Shown: positions 30,451-48,402 of the stretch, piece after piece | Layout of the letters: each line of letters starts with the position of its first letter | Position numbering within the stretch: the stretch's first letter is position 1 | Source: the human T2T-CHM13v2.0 reference genome, Homo sapiens | Reading direction: 5' to 3' (one strand) | Length of the DNA: 64,000 nucleotides | NCBI RefSeq assembly: GCF_009914755.1 | Contig: NC_060936.1 | The notes under the pieces: model-generated | Seen by the model: only the letters and a program-made list of their open reading frames with translations | Told to the model about the DNA's origin: nothing | Databases searched by the model: none | Program-made: the position numbers and the translations under genes

Positions 30451-31345
30451 AAGAACTCCCTGCATCAGGCTCACTGTGGTAAAAAATGACCCCTGGGCCT
30501 GAGGCTAGCCTCCTCAGATCCCTGGGCGAAGGATCCCATCTCAGACCCATTTTTCTTTAATGGAGGCAATAAGGCATGGGATAGAGGTAATAATAACCCC
30601 ACCGGCTTTTCGTGTCACCTTTCTATGTGAGAGTTCAGGCAGTGACCCAGGAAGCTGAGATGGGAAGTGGATGGAGATTGGGTCTATCTGCAGTGCTTCT
30701 CAAATGTCAAAAAATAAAATACAGATGGTGCTTACTTGGCAGGCTACATACCTTCCTCAATCCCGATAAATATGGAACCCTGTACTGTAAAGCCAAGAAT
30801 TCACAGAAGCAGCACCATAGTGCTGAGAAAATTGAGTTAAACTTTATTATAATTACTATTACTATTAACTCTCAAAATGATTTTTCCTAGAAGTTTCAAA
30901 AGACTTCATTTTATCATGATGGGTTCTATTTTGCAAACTTCTGTCTATCAGCTAGATTCCAACTCAAATCATATCCTCTCCTTCTTATGAAGTCTTAGAC
31001 TAATGCTTCACAGCCAGTTCCTAACTGACTGGTCCTGCCCTCTGAGAGCTCACAGTCTGGTGGGAGAGGCCTTGCACATGAAGCAATTAAAGAATAATGC
31101 AGAGTGGTATGCTAAGCCATTGCCAGATGTAAGATCCTTAAGGTCACAACCATGTTTCATCAGGCTTTAATTCAACACACGTAATCATTCAACAAACATA
31201 TGTTGAACATCTTTTATGTGCCAGGCTCTGTGCCCCAGTATCTAGGATATTCTAGAACACAGTCCCTTCAGAACGTAACTTATAGCCTCTGATGGAGTAC
31301 AAGAAAGGGGTAATAAGCAATAGACAATATTTAAAAGTGAGCTGA

Positions 31346-31650
31346 GGCCAGATGCAGTGGCTCACGCCTGTAATCCCAGCACTTTGGGAGGCCAAGGCAG
31401 GAGAATCATTTGAGCCCAAGGGTTGAGACCAGCCTAGGCAACATGGTGAAACCCCCTCTCTACAAAAAATACAAAAATTAGCTGGGCATGGGGGTGTGCA
31501 CCTGTAGTCCCAGCTACTCAGGAGGCTGAGGTGGGATGATCACTTGAGCCTGGGAGGTTGAGGCTGCAATGAGCTATAACTGTGCCACTGTACTCCAGCC
31601 TGAGTGGCAGAGCAAGACCACATTTCTAAAAAAATAAAATAATAAAATAA
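31346..31650 (+). mobile_element. Alu (AluJ-like)
   Basis: TTGAGCCC and GGTTGAGGCTGCAATGAGCTATA J-type diagnostics; TSD AAAAGTGRRCTGA. Confidence 0.92.
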
Positions 31651-31806
31651 AAGTGGACTGAGCATAAAGGGAAAGGAAAAAGTACTGTGGGCACTTGTAG
31701 CAGGCTTTGTATTCTCTGTGCCTTGCACAGTTCACAATAGGCCCCAAATTATTGCTTGTTGAAGCCATCAATCTCTTTACAAATGAATAAATAAGAGGCT
31801 CTAAGG

Positions 31807-32188
<382 letters not shown>

Positions 32189-33486
32189 CTACTGTCAATT
32201 CCTGAAATGCACAATACTTCTCTTACCCAAGAGACTTTATACATGCCACTCCTGCTGAATGACACTCCCTCTCCTCCTATAGGCCTAGTTAACATCTACT
32301 CAGACCTCAGCCCAAAGGCCAGGACTGCATGGAAAACTTCTCTGACCTCCCCGTCCCCATCCACAGAGTAGGTCCAGGGCCCAGGTGCAAAGTCCCAGCC
32401 AGACACTGAGGTGAGAGTTCCCACAGACTCTACCACCCTAACACCCTGCTACCACTGCCCCAGTGTACTGCCTGCATGGCCCACACCACACAACTTATGC
32501 TGATTTACATGACTGTTTGATGTAACATCTTTCCTCCATCTGAACTCTAGGCTCCATGAAGGTTTGGCGATGTCTGTTTTGCACCACTGTGCCCGTTTTG
32601 TACCACTGTGCCCGTTTTGTAGGCCCTCAATAAATCATCATTAACTGCATAGATAACTTGTTTGCTACATTCGATCTTGAAAAACAGAAAGCACCTAAAC
32701 AAACACAGAAGAAAAGGAGCAAGCAGGGAAGGTGGAAAGAGTACAGAGTTCGTTCCCTGGGTCTGTGCACGGTGCACACAAAGTGTTTCACTAACTGTCT
32801 GGCTGGGGCTCAGATGCAGCAGAGCACACAGTGATGAGGCTGGTGCTTCCTGGTTGCCAGCTGTTAACCCTTGTTTAGTTGCTGGGTTGCGGACAGATGG
32901 ATGAGTCCCAGGCAAAAGCACACCTTGGTTTGGGGGGTGACAGTGCTCCTGGGACAGCAGCTATCTACCAATGGTTTAGCAATCTAAAGACTCTATGAGA
33001 GGGTAACAGCCGATGAGAGCAATCTTGAGAAAAAATCTGCACCCCAGGGGACTATACCCATGCAGCCAGAAAGGAAGATAAGCTAAATTATGAGCAGACT
33101 TAAAACTCAGGCATAGGCTTTTGAGCTCGAGTGCAACAGGCAACATAGGAAGTCACTCTAGATCCCTAAGAATGCGGAAAATGATGAAAGGCATATTTTT
33201 AGAAGGACTGATTTCAAAGTTCAAGCCAGATAATGTGCTGGGCACCGGAGAACTAAAGGTGATACACAGATTTAGGCTTTTCCAAAATTAAGTTTCCCAT
33301 TTTATAAAGCTTCTGGGAGATTCTGAATTTCCCGAGTTCAAGTCTCCACGCTCAGCTGCTAAGAAGATGGTTTGGTTGGTTTCCTCTTCTGGTTTGTAAG
33401 CTCCCTAAAAGCAACTCCTCACATCCTGAATGATGAAGACAGTGTCTAGCCCTTAGTAAATGTCTGTTGCATAGATGAATGAATGA

Positions 33487-33894
<408 letters not shown>

Positions 33895-34655
33895 TAAACA
33901 AGTTTCCCTAACGAAGACTTGTCTTTTATCAATGTTGCCAGGACCCAAGGCAGCCTAAGCCTTCCCCTCCCTCGACTGCAATTTAATACACCTCCTTCCT
34001 GAAGTGAGACCAGTCCCTCTCTGAATTCAACACAGTCCTCCTCCTTGGCAAACACTAACTTGGTAAGTTGTATTTCATGAAGTTAACCAGGCTCATTACA
34101 GAGAACATATTTCCTGGAGAAAGGATGTTAATTTCTTCCACATACAAAGAACAAAAATCAATATCATAAATCCAGGAAATCTCCCCTAAATGTCTCCCCC
34201 ATCATCACTCTCTCCTGCGCTCTGTGTAAATACATTATGACAGGTTAGCTATATTTCTACTCAGGCAATATGATATTGAGGTGACTGCAAGACAAGTCAC
34301 TCTGCCAAAGGGAGGAGTATTGGCCAAGATGTTATTCCTCAAGGAATTTTGTGACATTGGAATTCCATCAAATGGAGCTGAATGTACCTTCATCTTTTAA
34401 ACTAGCCCCAGTTCTGATCCTCAGCCTGCTTAGAACACACTGAACTTGAAGGGCGACCTATAGATTTTCATCGTGAGTTAGAGGTGGAAAAAAAGGAAGC
34501 AGTTTTCTATGGCATGTTTGGATCTCAATATATGCATTTATTGGAATATGTAATAAACACAAACTACACGCACTGTGTGAGTGGTACATTAAAAGGAGGG
34601 ACGCAGGCACCAATTTTGCAGGAACTGACAGTTTAAGTAAGCAAATAGAGTTGAA

Positions 34656-35007
34656 ACTAAGACTTAGTTTTAATTTTAAAACACACACATCAGAGCCTAG
34701 TAAATTCCTATGCAGAAACGTGAAATCTCCAAGTAATGTTTTTTCTGCCACCTTTTGAGAGCCCCTTAACCTCATGCAGCCCCAGAGGGAAGAACACAGC
34801 TTCATTTTAGGAGTAAACAAGAATCTAATTTTAGAAATCCTCCAAGATGTTGACCTTTGTATTGCGATCTGTCAGTCTAAGACCCTGGGTCTTGGATGGG
34901 TTATTATAAATTAAAATCTAATATGCCTTCCTTCTCTCTGGATCTATAATGCCTCATTCCATCAGCAACGTCCAGCTTAGGTGTGCAGTACAGCCCCATG
35001 AGGTAGA
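34656..35007 (+). repeat. Donor copy of a 352-bp dispersed direct duplication
   Basis: 348/352 identical to 37189-37540. Confidence 0.97.
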
Positions 35008-35639
35008 CTGCAAAACCTGGTGACTTCAGCATCCCAAGGGCATAGACAAAATTAATTAAGGTGCTGCCACAAATATTAGCCCTCCTTGAATCCTCCCTCC
35101 CAAGTTTATTTCTAATTATCTCCCATTGATTCAGGTCTCCAATGAGTCAAAATTTTTATTAGATTCTAGAAGCCTATCTCCTAACAGCTTCAAAGGATTT
35201 TTATATTTTAGCATAGTTGATTCCCTCTAATATGCTTCCATCTCTTAACTAATCTCTGTCTTGAATCATATTATAAAACCGTAGAGTAGAAAGAGTCATT
35301 TGAGGTCACCTAGCCCAATTCCATCTGATTACAGACAAGGAAACTGAGGCCTAAGGAAGTTTGGTATCTTAAAGAATATGAATAAATCAACAAGGCAAAA
35401 ACTTGATGCTACAGAGATCCACTGTTGGGTAGTATCAAGACCAAATTGGAAATGGTCTAGAGTAAAGGCCTACATACTTTGACATTTTGGAGTATTTCAT
35501 CAGAAGGTTAGCCTACGCCCCAAACATAAGGCCCTCCTGTCAACAAACCCAATCCACACACTGAGAGCCTCCAACTGACATTTGGTGCCTGCTTCATGAA
35601 TGTGGACAGACCAATGTCTCTAGGTTCCTTTTGTTTTGC

Positions 35640-36900
<1,261 letters not shown>

Positions 36901-37188
36901 TGCAAAAGGAGAGAGAGAAAGCAAAAAGAGGAAGACAGGGTTTTTAGAAAAGTGACCCACCAAAGAAGAGTGGTGGAGGGAAGTCCAAGGGAGAGAGCTG
37001 TGAAGCAGGCCATGGGGGAAACAGTGGGACAGAGGACTAATTATCCGATTGTTTTTGATTTGGGGAGAGGGAGGCACAGCTGGCTGCCTACCCACAGCCA
37101 TTTCCCCCTTTGTACATGCCACTGGATTTTGTTTGGGCAGCAATCTGCCCAGCTCCCATGGATGAACTGAGACTGGCCTAAACCTTAC

Positions 37189-37540
37189 ACTAAGACTTAG
37201 TTTTAATTTTAAAACACACACATCAGAGCCTAGTAAATTCCTATGCAGAAATGTGAAATCTCCAAGTAATGTTTTTTCTGCCACCTTTTGAGAGCCCCTT
37301 AACCTCATGCAGCCCCAGAGGGAAGAACACAGCTTCATTTTAGGAGTAAACAAGAATCTAATTTTAGAAATCCTCCAAGATGTTGACCTTTGTATTGGGA
37401 TCTGTCAGTCTAAGACCCTGGGTCTTGGATGGGTTATTATAAATTAAAATCTAATACACCTTCCTTCTCTCTGGATCTATAATGCCTCATTCCATCAGCA
37501 ACGTCCAGCTTAGGTGTGCAGTACAGCCCCATGAGGTAGA
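37189..37540 (+). repeat. Inserted copy of 34656-35007
   Basis: 352 bp, 4 mismatches, no TSD or poly(A); splits an MLT1 element. Confidence 0.97.
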
Positions 37541-37890
37541 TTGTTGTGGTTGCCAACAATTCATCTAATAAAGGCATGTGACCAATTCTGGCTTATGAGA
37601 TATAGGGCAAGACTTCAAGAGGATTCTAAGAAAGAATGTGATCCCTAGTCAAAGAACAACAGAAGGCAAAGGTTCAGTTTTGGCTCCTGCCATCCTCCTT
37701 CCTGCTTCCTACTTATGAGAATAAGAACATGCTCCTTGGAAGTGCAACAGGGGTCTTGGGACCACCAGAAGAGATCTGGCCAACATATTGAGGATGGTGA
37801 AAAAAAAAAGACAGGGACAGCCGGGTCTACATCCACCTCTAAATCTACCCTGGAACCACCTACAGCCATGATTCTTATTTTATGAGATGA

Positions 37891-38294
<404 letters not shown>

Positions 38295-39127
38295 TGAGGC
38301 CAAAAGCATCTTAGCTGGTATGAAAAATACCACGGACAGGCTTTGTTATGTGAGAACATCTGTTTAAAAAAAAAAAAAAAAAACTAACAATGGGTACATT
38401 GAAATCTGAGCAGATAAAAATGAGACCATCATTTACTCCACGAGGAATGGCCAATGAACTTGTGGAAAGATGTTCAGCCTCACAGGTAAAATAGAAACAC
38501 AAAATTGAAATCACATTTAGATACCATTTTATGCCCATGATACTGGAAAAAACAAATAATAAAAATCTGACCGTTCCAGAAAAACCCTCAGGCAGCAGGT
38601 AGGCAGGGAAGGGAACCTCGGGGCTGTGGCTGTCAGTGGCCCAGGAAGCCAAATTTGCAGAGTTTCCTTTTGATGCCACCTGCCGCTCGGTCTGAGGCTT
38701 CCCTCGGCTTCCTCTCCACTTTCCTCATCCCTGACTGAGCCCCAGGCAGAAGCTGCGAACTCGAACCGGCTTTGGAAACATACACATGTAACCACATTCT
38801 CACCCTTTTGAATTTAATTCCACAGTATAATTAAGCACATATACTGCACACGCACGGCTATAATACCAGCTGTCGCTTCAATTTGAAAGTGTACATTAAA
38901 CAAATCCAAGTAAGAGGCAACAATCTCTGAGCCTTAGGCCTGGGGGAGGAGCCACTCGGCAGTCCCGCGGAATGAACATTCCGTGTGACACACTGCCACC
39001 CAGTGGCCACAATGGAGACTGTCAGAACCAGGAAACTGATCCGCGCTTTGGTTGTCCTTGGACCTGAAGCGCCTTGCAAATGCTCGGAAATATTCTGAAC
39101 CAAATTGAGTTGAATTAAATGTAATTG

Positions 39128-39420
<293 letters not shown>

Positions 39421-39670
39421 TGTAATTGAGTTGGAGTAAAGTGAAGGGAATTGAATTAGCATAAAATGAACAGGGGTATGTTGGGACAAAGACCAGGGTT
39501 TGGTGAACTGTTCCTAAACCCATGCAAGCACTGTATAATTTAGGCCAAAGGGAAGCATCCTCCCTGCATCTTGCACCAAGGAGAGAGTTTTGTCAGAAAA
39601 GATCTCAAAAAAGTCAGGTGTCCGTGTATGTTCTGGCTAAATGAAGGTCAGATATCGTCCACCAGGTCTA

Positions 39671-40096
<426 letters not shown>

Positions 40097-42058
40097 TCAA
40101 CTGCCACCATCAGTCTTGGGAGCCCCTTCCTTGGTGTCCAGCTGCACCTAGAACCCTCAACTCCCATTCCAGCTATTTCTGCCTTGTGTCGTGGCGGCAG
40201 GTTTAAAGACCTCTCCCCACTTTGGGTTGTGAACTCCTACATTTTCTTAGCACCATGCCCATCATATAACAGACAAGAAATGGGAGGGAGGAAGGGAGGA
40301 AGGGAGGAAGGGAGGCAGGCATCCTTACTGTAGCACTGATATATAATTTCAACAGAAACCATTTCTGTCTGTTTTGACACAGGCCTGTGGTCCCCTAAAC
40401 AGAGCTTCTGCCATTTTCGTGAGGCTTTCTGGCTGTAGGGGTGATCACAGTTACAAGCTGCCCAAGTTCTTATTTGGCTTCAAAGAGATCCCCATTTTTC
40501 TTTTGCTTTTTGTTTAATTTGGTCTACTTTCTTCCTGTTTTCAGGTAGCTTCCAAACATGCTGCATGGTGTAGAGTAAATCTATAATGAGGTGGAAAAAT
40601 AACACCCAAAGTTCTTGACAATTTACAAACATCTCATTTGGGATTGCTGTGAGACAGGGGCACCGCTTCACAGATGTGGAAACTGAGACCAGAGAAATTA
40701 GAGGGCTTGCCCTAAGTCACAAAGTCCACAGCAGCACAGGGACAAAACTGAGGTCTCCTCACTAGCGGAGGACACCTTCATACCTAGCAAACTTCTTGCA
40801 GGTTCAGTACAGCAGGGCCCCATCACTAGTTTTACTCGTAGACAAAGGGTTTCAGCAGAGATGTTGTTCTAAGTCCTAATCTGGGACCTATTTTGAGGCA
40901 TTTCTTCTTTGTCTTTTCACAAAGTCCACCCCGCAGAAGCCAAAGGCTTGCCTTCAAAGCTGTGAGTGGCCTCCTGCCGAGGGCTCAGCTGTGGGCGTTG
41001 TCTGCTGCTCACACGGGGCCTCTCTCTGCTGAGTCATCCTTCCTTCCTTCCCACGTCCCCCCACGGCATCTACACTCAGAGCACTTCAAAGCCATTTGGG
41101 GCTTCTCAGATCTTTATGCCTTCGTGGTCCTCTAGAAAACTATTTACCAGAGATAAACTCCCGGGGAGAAATTTTGTTAAATCAGATATGAATCACAAGT
41201 AAGGATGGTTTTAAAGGAAATAAAGGCATTCTAGGGAGAAAAGAAGGGCAGGGGAGTCTTTGTTGGGAAGAGTATTTAAATTAAGATTTTCATTTACAGC
41301 ACCGATGAGTCTGAAATGAAAGCAATCACCACCATGAGAACAAGCTATAGCTGCATATTAATATTTTTAAATTCCTCTTTTCTTAAAAGATTCATTACAC
41401 ACACACATACACACACACACACATTGTGCGTGCACGTGCGCACACAAACACACACCCTCTGCACCTACATGTCTGCCATGGAAACTCTACTCTTATTTTA
41501 GGTGAGTTGAACTCCTCTGTGAAGCTCTCCCTGTTGGCTAAAGTACCCCCTCTCCTGCCCACGTTCCTACCCCTTGCACACCCTGCGTAATCCTTGCCTA
41601 TATTTTGGTTGCCTCACTAGCCTATAAGCTTCCTGAGGTCAAAAATGCTGTGAAAGAATAATCATCCCCCTTCAGCGTTCAGAGAACAATCAAGATGATT
41701 CTGGACAATTACTAAGCCAGTCACAGGCTCACAGCTCTGCCTGAACACTGCACTGGGCCTGATTTATTGGGTTGAAAACCAAATCTCTTATAAATACATC
41801 ATCTTCTCAGACACATGCTTGCAGCTATTGTCTAGGGAGGGAGAATACCCATCCATGTACCCTTGGAGGACGTTACAAAGACAGGATAAAAGAGTCTTCT
41901 TTTAATGAGAGGGGTTCATCTGTCACTGGCTGAGCCTAAAGGATTTAATTTTTAACTCTTATAAAGTTCTTATCCCCTGTTACCCCAGAGTGTCAGTTTT
42001 TAGATTATGAATTTACAAGCTCCTTGAGGGCAGGGAGAGACTCTTCTTTAAACACCTA

Positions 42059-42254
<196 letters not shown>

Positions 42255-42369
42255 TCAAGACATAGGGTCTGCTGAGGTTTTAGAGAGCCCCATAAGTCAC
42301 TCCCTGTCTTCCCCTTCTGAATTCCAAATCAAGTAATAAGTAAGGTACAGGAGTCCTGGTGATAAAATT

Positions 42370-42585
42370 ATAATAGCTATTATTAATAACATTATGTTCT
42401 AGGAACCATGAGTACTTAGATATGTTAAGTCATTTAATAGTGTTACCCAAGCTTTACAGGATAGGAAACTGAGGCACATGAAGTTGAATCATTTGCCCAA
42501 GGTCGTACACCTAGAAGGTGGCAGAACTGGGATTTGTACCCAGTAGTGGCCCACACTTATAACCACCATGCAATGCTGCCTCTCA
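42370..42585 (-). mobile_element. MIR
   Basis: GGAAACTGAGGCAC...TTTGCCCAAGGTC...GGCAGAACTGGGATTTG...TAACCACCATGCAATGCTGCCTC. Confidence 0.85.
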
Positions 42586-42761
42586 AACACCCACCATGCC
42601 AATGGAGCTAGGGGGAGAGCAAACCTTGGTTCTATAGTCAAAGGGGCTTCCTAAAGCATCCCTTGTAAATTGAAATTTACTCCTCCAAAACGTCAGGCCT
42701 CCCCTCGCAAGGGCAGAGCCTTCCCCTTATTGGAGAGCAGATGACAATATGCCCTCTCAGG

Positions 42762-42935
42762 CAGAACTGGCCGCACAATTTTCAAGGACCAGTGCCAAAT
42801 GAAGACGTGGGGCCCCTTGTCCAAAAGTTGTTAATAATTTCAAAAGGGCAACAGCAGGGCATTAAACCAAGCATGAGGCCCTTCTGAACACAGTGCCCTG
42901 TGCAGCCACACAGATCACACACCCATGCAGCTGGA
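42762..42935 (-). mobile_element. MER45A-like hAT-Tip100 MITE
   Basis: GGGGCCCCTTGTCCAAAA...AATTTCAA...GCATTAAACCAAGCATGAGGCCCTTCTGA. Confidence 0.8.
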
Positions 42936-43324
42936 GAGGAGCCAAGCAGGCACTTAGAAGCAAGACCCCTTGACCCAAGCACTCTCACTTCCTTCCCTAA
43001 CCAGAGAAATGGCCCCCCGGGAGGAGTGAGCCAGGTGGCCGAGGGAATGTTCCCATGCTGTATGCTTCTGGGGAGTAAAATAAAAATTCCTTCTCCTCAA
43101 CAGTAAATAAAGAATGGGGAAGAAAAAAAGAAAACAGAAAAAAAAAAAAGAATGGGGAAGAAACGATCCACCATACAGGGACCTATTTTGAGAAGATGGT
43201 GAAAATTGTACATATGCACACTACATTTTGCACACAATTTCATGGGTTTCACAAATCCCTTGAGTATATCTCTGCAAATCCTTCTATGCTTAAATGCCTT
43301 AAGCATAGAGGGGATGAGATGGCA

Positions 43325-43400
43325 ATACACATACATACACATATATGTATTATATATACACAAATATATATATGCATATGCACATGTAATACACACACAA

Positions 43401-43431
<31 letters not shown>

Positions 43432-43445
43432 CACACACACACACA
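43325..43445. repeat. Compound (CA)n/(TA)n microsatellite
   Basis: Visible dinucleotide runs. Confidence 0.95.
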
Positions 43446-46400
43446 AGAGATCCCTCAAGGTCCCTTCTGGCTCTCGGATTCTTTGGCTCTGACCATCACA
43501 ACTTAATCACCAGCTGATCTTCCTGAAACTTTAATCCCAGCAGAGTTCTATCTAGCTCAGAATGAGTCAGCTCATTTGCTTCAACAGGTAAAGGTCAAAC
43601 TGCATCCATTATTTGTGCACAGGCATTTCCAGTCTCTGTCACCCATGGCTGTCAATCCAAAGGCTGGATTTACACTCAGTGTGGTCTGGGTTCTCATTAA
43701 CCTTGAATCGCCTCCTCCTCCACAGAGCTGTGACATTTAAAATCTTATCAGAGTACTCTAAAACAACCATCAGACTGAGCCTTCGGGGGATAAAATAAAT
43801 GATCCATAAGCCCAGGATGAGAAAGAAATAAAAACAGACCTTAAAGAAGTAAGGTCTCCATCAAACGCATCACTCACAACACATCATTTTGTGTTGGTCT
43901 CTGTTTGTGGTCTACCTGGAATTGAATGATATTCATCTAATTTAGCCCTTCAGATGTAATTTTAGTTCTGAATGCCACCTTGAAAACAGTGACTAACCAA
44001 AATTTCCAAGAAGGGGGATTGTCATTTTTAATGGGTTTCAAAAAAAAATGTTATACAAGTTTCAAAGACTGAGGTCTTATTTTTTTAATGATGATTCATG
44101 TAGGCCATCTCAAAAATGGATTGATTTCCCAATATTTTTATACCACATCAAATATATCTCTGTGCCCAGCCAGGCTGATGGGCAATGTGCATCATTTATA
44201 CACATTTCACTGGTTGAAAATTTATGGATAACCTATTACACGTCAGATGATGTGACAGGAACTAGGAATGGAAAGATAAATACAAACTGGGTTCTGTCTT
44301 ACAGGGCTGCCCCGTGCAGTGAAGGGGACAGCCATAGGGGATGAAATGCAGTGATAGCAGCGTGTACACAGTACATGCTCTCAAAGCCTAGAAGAGGCAC
44401 TGATAGAATTTGGGAAGGGACATTTTGATGGGGAGAATGTTCTAGGCCGAGGAAAGAGGATGAGCAGAAACACAGTGGTATAGATGTGAATGCCAGTTCA
44501 GGGAACCTTAAATGCACTCTGGTATCGTGTTGGACAGATGGGTCTTGATTCCACCATTTTGTAACCTCATGACCTTGAGTTGATCAAGTCAAGTCGATCA
44601 CTTGACTTTTCTGACCCTCAGTTTCCTTGTCTGTAAACTGGAGTCATTACCACTAGTCACTGAATTGCTATGGGGTTCTAATGAAAATGTATAGAAAAGT
44701 GACTCGCAAGCCTGATGTACTATTCAAATGTCAATCATGCTTGTCTTTTATTTTAAACCTACCATGTCTTGTTGCTCTTCAACATGAAAGTGTGGACTCT
44801 CAGAAGGGATTTCATGGACTGCCTGGTCCAAGTCACTCATTAATAACAAAACCAAAGCCCCAAGAGGTGGTTGTCAGTGTCACCATTATCAATAGCAACA
44901 GCACCAGCATGACATCATGATTGTGATAGACACCAGTTTTGAGTCCTTGCTGCCTCCCAGGCTTTTTGCTTTCATCTCATTTACAACTCCTTGTGACCAA
45001 TAATTATCTCCATTTTATAAAGGAAGAAACTGAAGCTTGGGGAGGTTAAATAGCATGTCCAGCAACTCAAAGCTAGTAAATGGCAAATTCAGAATTTGAA
45101 CCCAGGTCGGACCCCTTGACCCAAGCCCTTAATATTCTGTTATAATGCCTCTTTCTGCTTTTCCTTTACCTCCGTTCTCCTCTCTCTCTCTCTCTCTCTC
45201 TTACTTTCTTCCTTGACATGAAAGTAGGCCACTTCTAAATACCCATCATTTCCAAGGACAAACTTTTCTGGAAGGAAGTGAGAGGAAGAAACTGGTAGAG
45301 AGGCCCCCAGCTGCAAATATCTGAGCCCCACGTCACCTGTCAACAGAAGAACACCACAGGACACAGGCGAAGTGCTGGCCTCTCCCCAGCACAGGAAGCA
45401 GGAACTACACAGTGGGGACTCAGAGCGGATGGCAGACAGAGTTGCCTGTGCAGTAACTTTCCCTAACCCATTAGCCTTAACATATTGTCTCATCCACAGG
45501 GAGGAGGCAGGAAAAGGAGGCTCGGCAGCAGTGCTCGCTTTCCTGCTATTTTTAACCCACTCAGCTGGTCCTCCCCTTTCAACAGGCTCTGTTCCTTCTA
45601 GGTTATTCACTTCCTCCTAAGGGATATTGTTTGTTTGTTTGTCCTACTACTTTTTGACTTGTGGAGTGAACTTATTGCTTCCTCTCCTTATTTTAATACA
45701 TTATAACAGACATTTATTGGGATATTGGGAGAATATTTAAACACCTTTCCTTCTGTGGTTTTCTTTGGACGGCAAGGGGACATGTGATTGTCACTTCGTT
45801 AAAAGCCTTGTGTTCCAGGAACCAAGTTCAGGCACCATTGCATAGTTTTGTAAATAAGAATGGGCCCCCTGGGGACACAACTCAAAGGAGAAAATAAAAC
45901 TTATAATCTGAAAGGAACTCATCTGTAATGGGTTTGGATGCCAGAGTTTCAAAGGACAACCCGTACCTTGAGGAAAACAGGTGCCTGCTTCTGGGGGAGC
46001 ACTGGAACCCAGTATGGGCTCTGCAGTGGGTCTGCTTCAAGTTTCTATCTTAAGAACCATTCCTAGGTTCTGGCCTCTCAACCCTAAGCCTCAGGACAGC
46101 AGTGTTCATCAGTAAGACCCAGAACCTGGCACTGAATAGCTCCCCATAGATATTCACAGAATGAATAAATGAAAACATTGAAGGTCTTAGTAAAATGGTA
46201 ATTATCTCATGGAAGTGGTACATGAAGGGCAGTCATGCTCCCCAACAAGAATTTGGACTTGCCCTCTGGGAATAAAAAGGAACATCGGTATGTAAGTCAT
46301 CATAAGCAAGGATAGACTCTAACCAAACTTATGACCCAAGGAGACAAGTCTTTTACATTCAACATGCCAATTCCAGTCAAATGACTGGTTCCCTGGAGTG

Positions 46401-47639
46401 CTGCATAGAGAAGGATTTTTGAGACTTCTTCTGAGTCTAGCAGGAAAGAGAGCTACAATTGATTAGTAATGTCTGCCATGCACACAAGGGGTGAATGATG
46501 GCAAGGATAGCATATAAGTGCATCCCTTTGTGGGATTGACTGACCCCAGGAGTATGGAAAAGGGGAGCCACTGAGGCAGATGCCACTGAGCCACTGCCCA
46601 AGGAGCCCTAGAGCAAGCATTTTTCTGGCAAGGAAGAGCACAAAGCAGAAACCGTGTCATTAAGCACAGTACTCACACCCTGGTACTGATTCCAAGTTTA
46701 CCAAGCAATGTCTTCTGTGCCTTCCCCTGTAGCGTGCCTTTAGGGAAAGAATGTTCTGGGTCAAGACACACCTAAAGTCCAGTGGCCAGTTTGCTTGACA
46801 TTAATAGTTCTTGATGGAGATTAAGAAGAGTCTTTCTGGTTTCACTGATGACTCTCTGCGGACTTGGTTCATGTGCCCATCCAAGAAAGATGAATCTGCT
46901 CTCAGGTACCCTTGGCCAGTCAGGTCTCTGAGACTACAAGGCTGCGGACTAAATCTTGGACTCCGGTAAATTCACCAAAATAAGGTCCCCCTGCCAAGTC
47001 TTTTCCTGGGCTTGCAATTGCATTCCCTTCTGCATGCCATGTTCATTTGACAACCACCATATGCTAAGAGGAGTATGGAGTGGAATTAAATTGCCAGTGT
47101 ATTTTTAGAAACCTGGCTAGCAGGTCAGCTGAGTTCTGAGGTTGGGACACAGGACTAGTCACTTTAATAAGGACAGAAAGGAAGTAAAGTGTCTAAAACC
47201 TGCAGATTGGCAGGCCCAGATGGAGCCTGTAAGTTCTTCAAGGGCAGAGACTATGTCTTTGTTATGTATATATCTATTCTCAGTGCACAGCACCACTCTG
47301 AGACATGGCAAGTGCTCCATAAATATGTGTTGAGTGAATGAGTTTATTGAATGGGCAGCAGAAGTTTCCAGAAGTGTTGTGGAAGGAGCTGTTTAGGTAA
47401 GAGAATGAGCTGAAAGGGCCAACAGGAAATACTAACAATAAACCACAGGCTTTACAATGTCGCCTTGAGCTTACCCACCCAGTTTAGGAAGTTTTCACCT
47501 TCAAGCCAGCAATATCGCTGTTTATACAATAACCTTGAGCCTTTGCGTATGCTGTTCCCTCTGCTTGGAGTATTCTTGCTACCCTGGCTATGCACATGAA
47601 TTTGTGCACACGTGCACGTGCATGGACATACGCGCACAC

Positions 47640-47950
47640 ACATTCATATAACTGCTTCTTTAGTTGTCACTTCTTCAGAGACATCTATTCCGATTTCTCT
47701 AAGTTCTCCTCCTCCCACTGCCTTGTATCCTCTAGCTCAATCCCTTTTATATGTTCTTCATAACATTTGTCACCATCTGTAATTATCTTAAGTGTTTTTC
47801 ACTTATTTCCTGTTTGCTTCCTCCCCTAGGGCATAAGCTCCATGATTCAAGGACTGTATTCTCTTATTCACTGTTGTATTTCCAAGCGCTGAGCTCGGTA
47901 TCTGGTCATAGTAGATACTCAAAAAGTATCTATTGAATAAATTATGAATG
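47640..47950 (+). mobile_element. L2 3' end
   Basis: AAGCTCCATGA...TTATTCACTGTTGTATTTCCAAG...TCTGGTCATAGTAGATACTCAAAA...TGAATAAATTATGAATGAA. Confidence 0.8.
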
Positions 47951-48019
47951 AACAGTGCTTCTACACTTATTGCCTCACTGGTACAGCACACTAGCCTTTT
48001 ATGAGTTAGACTTCAGTAA

Positions 48020-48402
<383 letters not shown>

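Noticed and set aside
42964-45126. 17-bp exact direct match GACCCCTTGACCCAAGC at 42964 and 45110
   Set aside because: Fits the copy-back geometry but is short enough to be chance, and the second copy lies in a MIR tail with a similar motif
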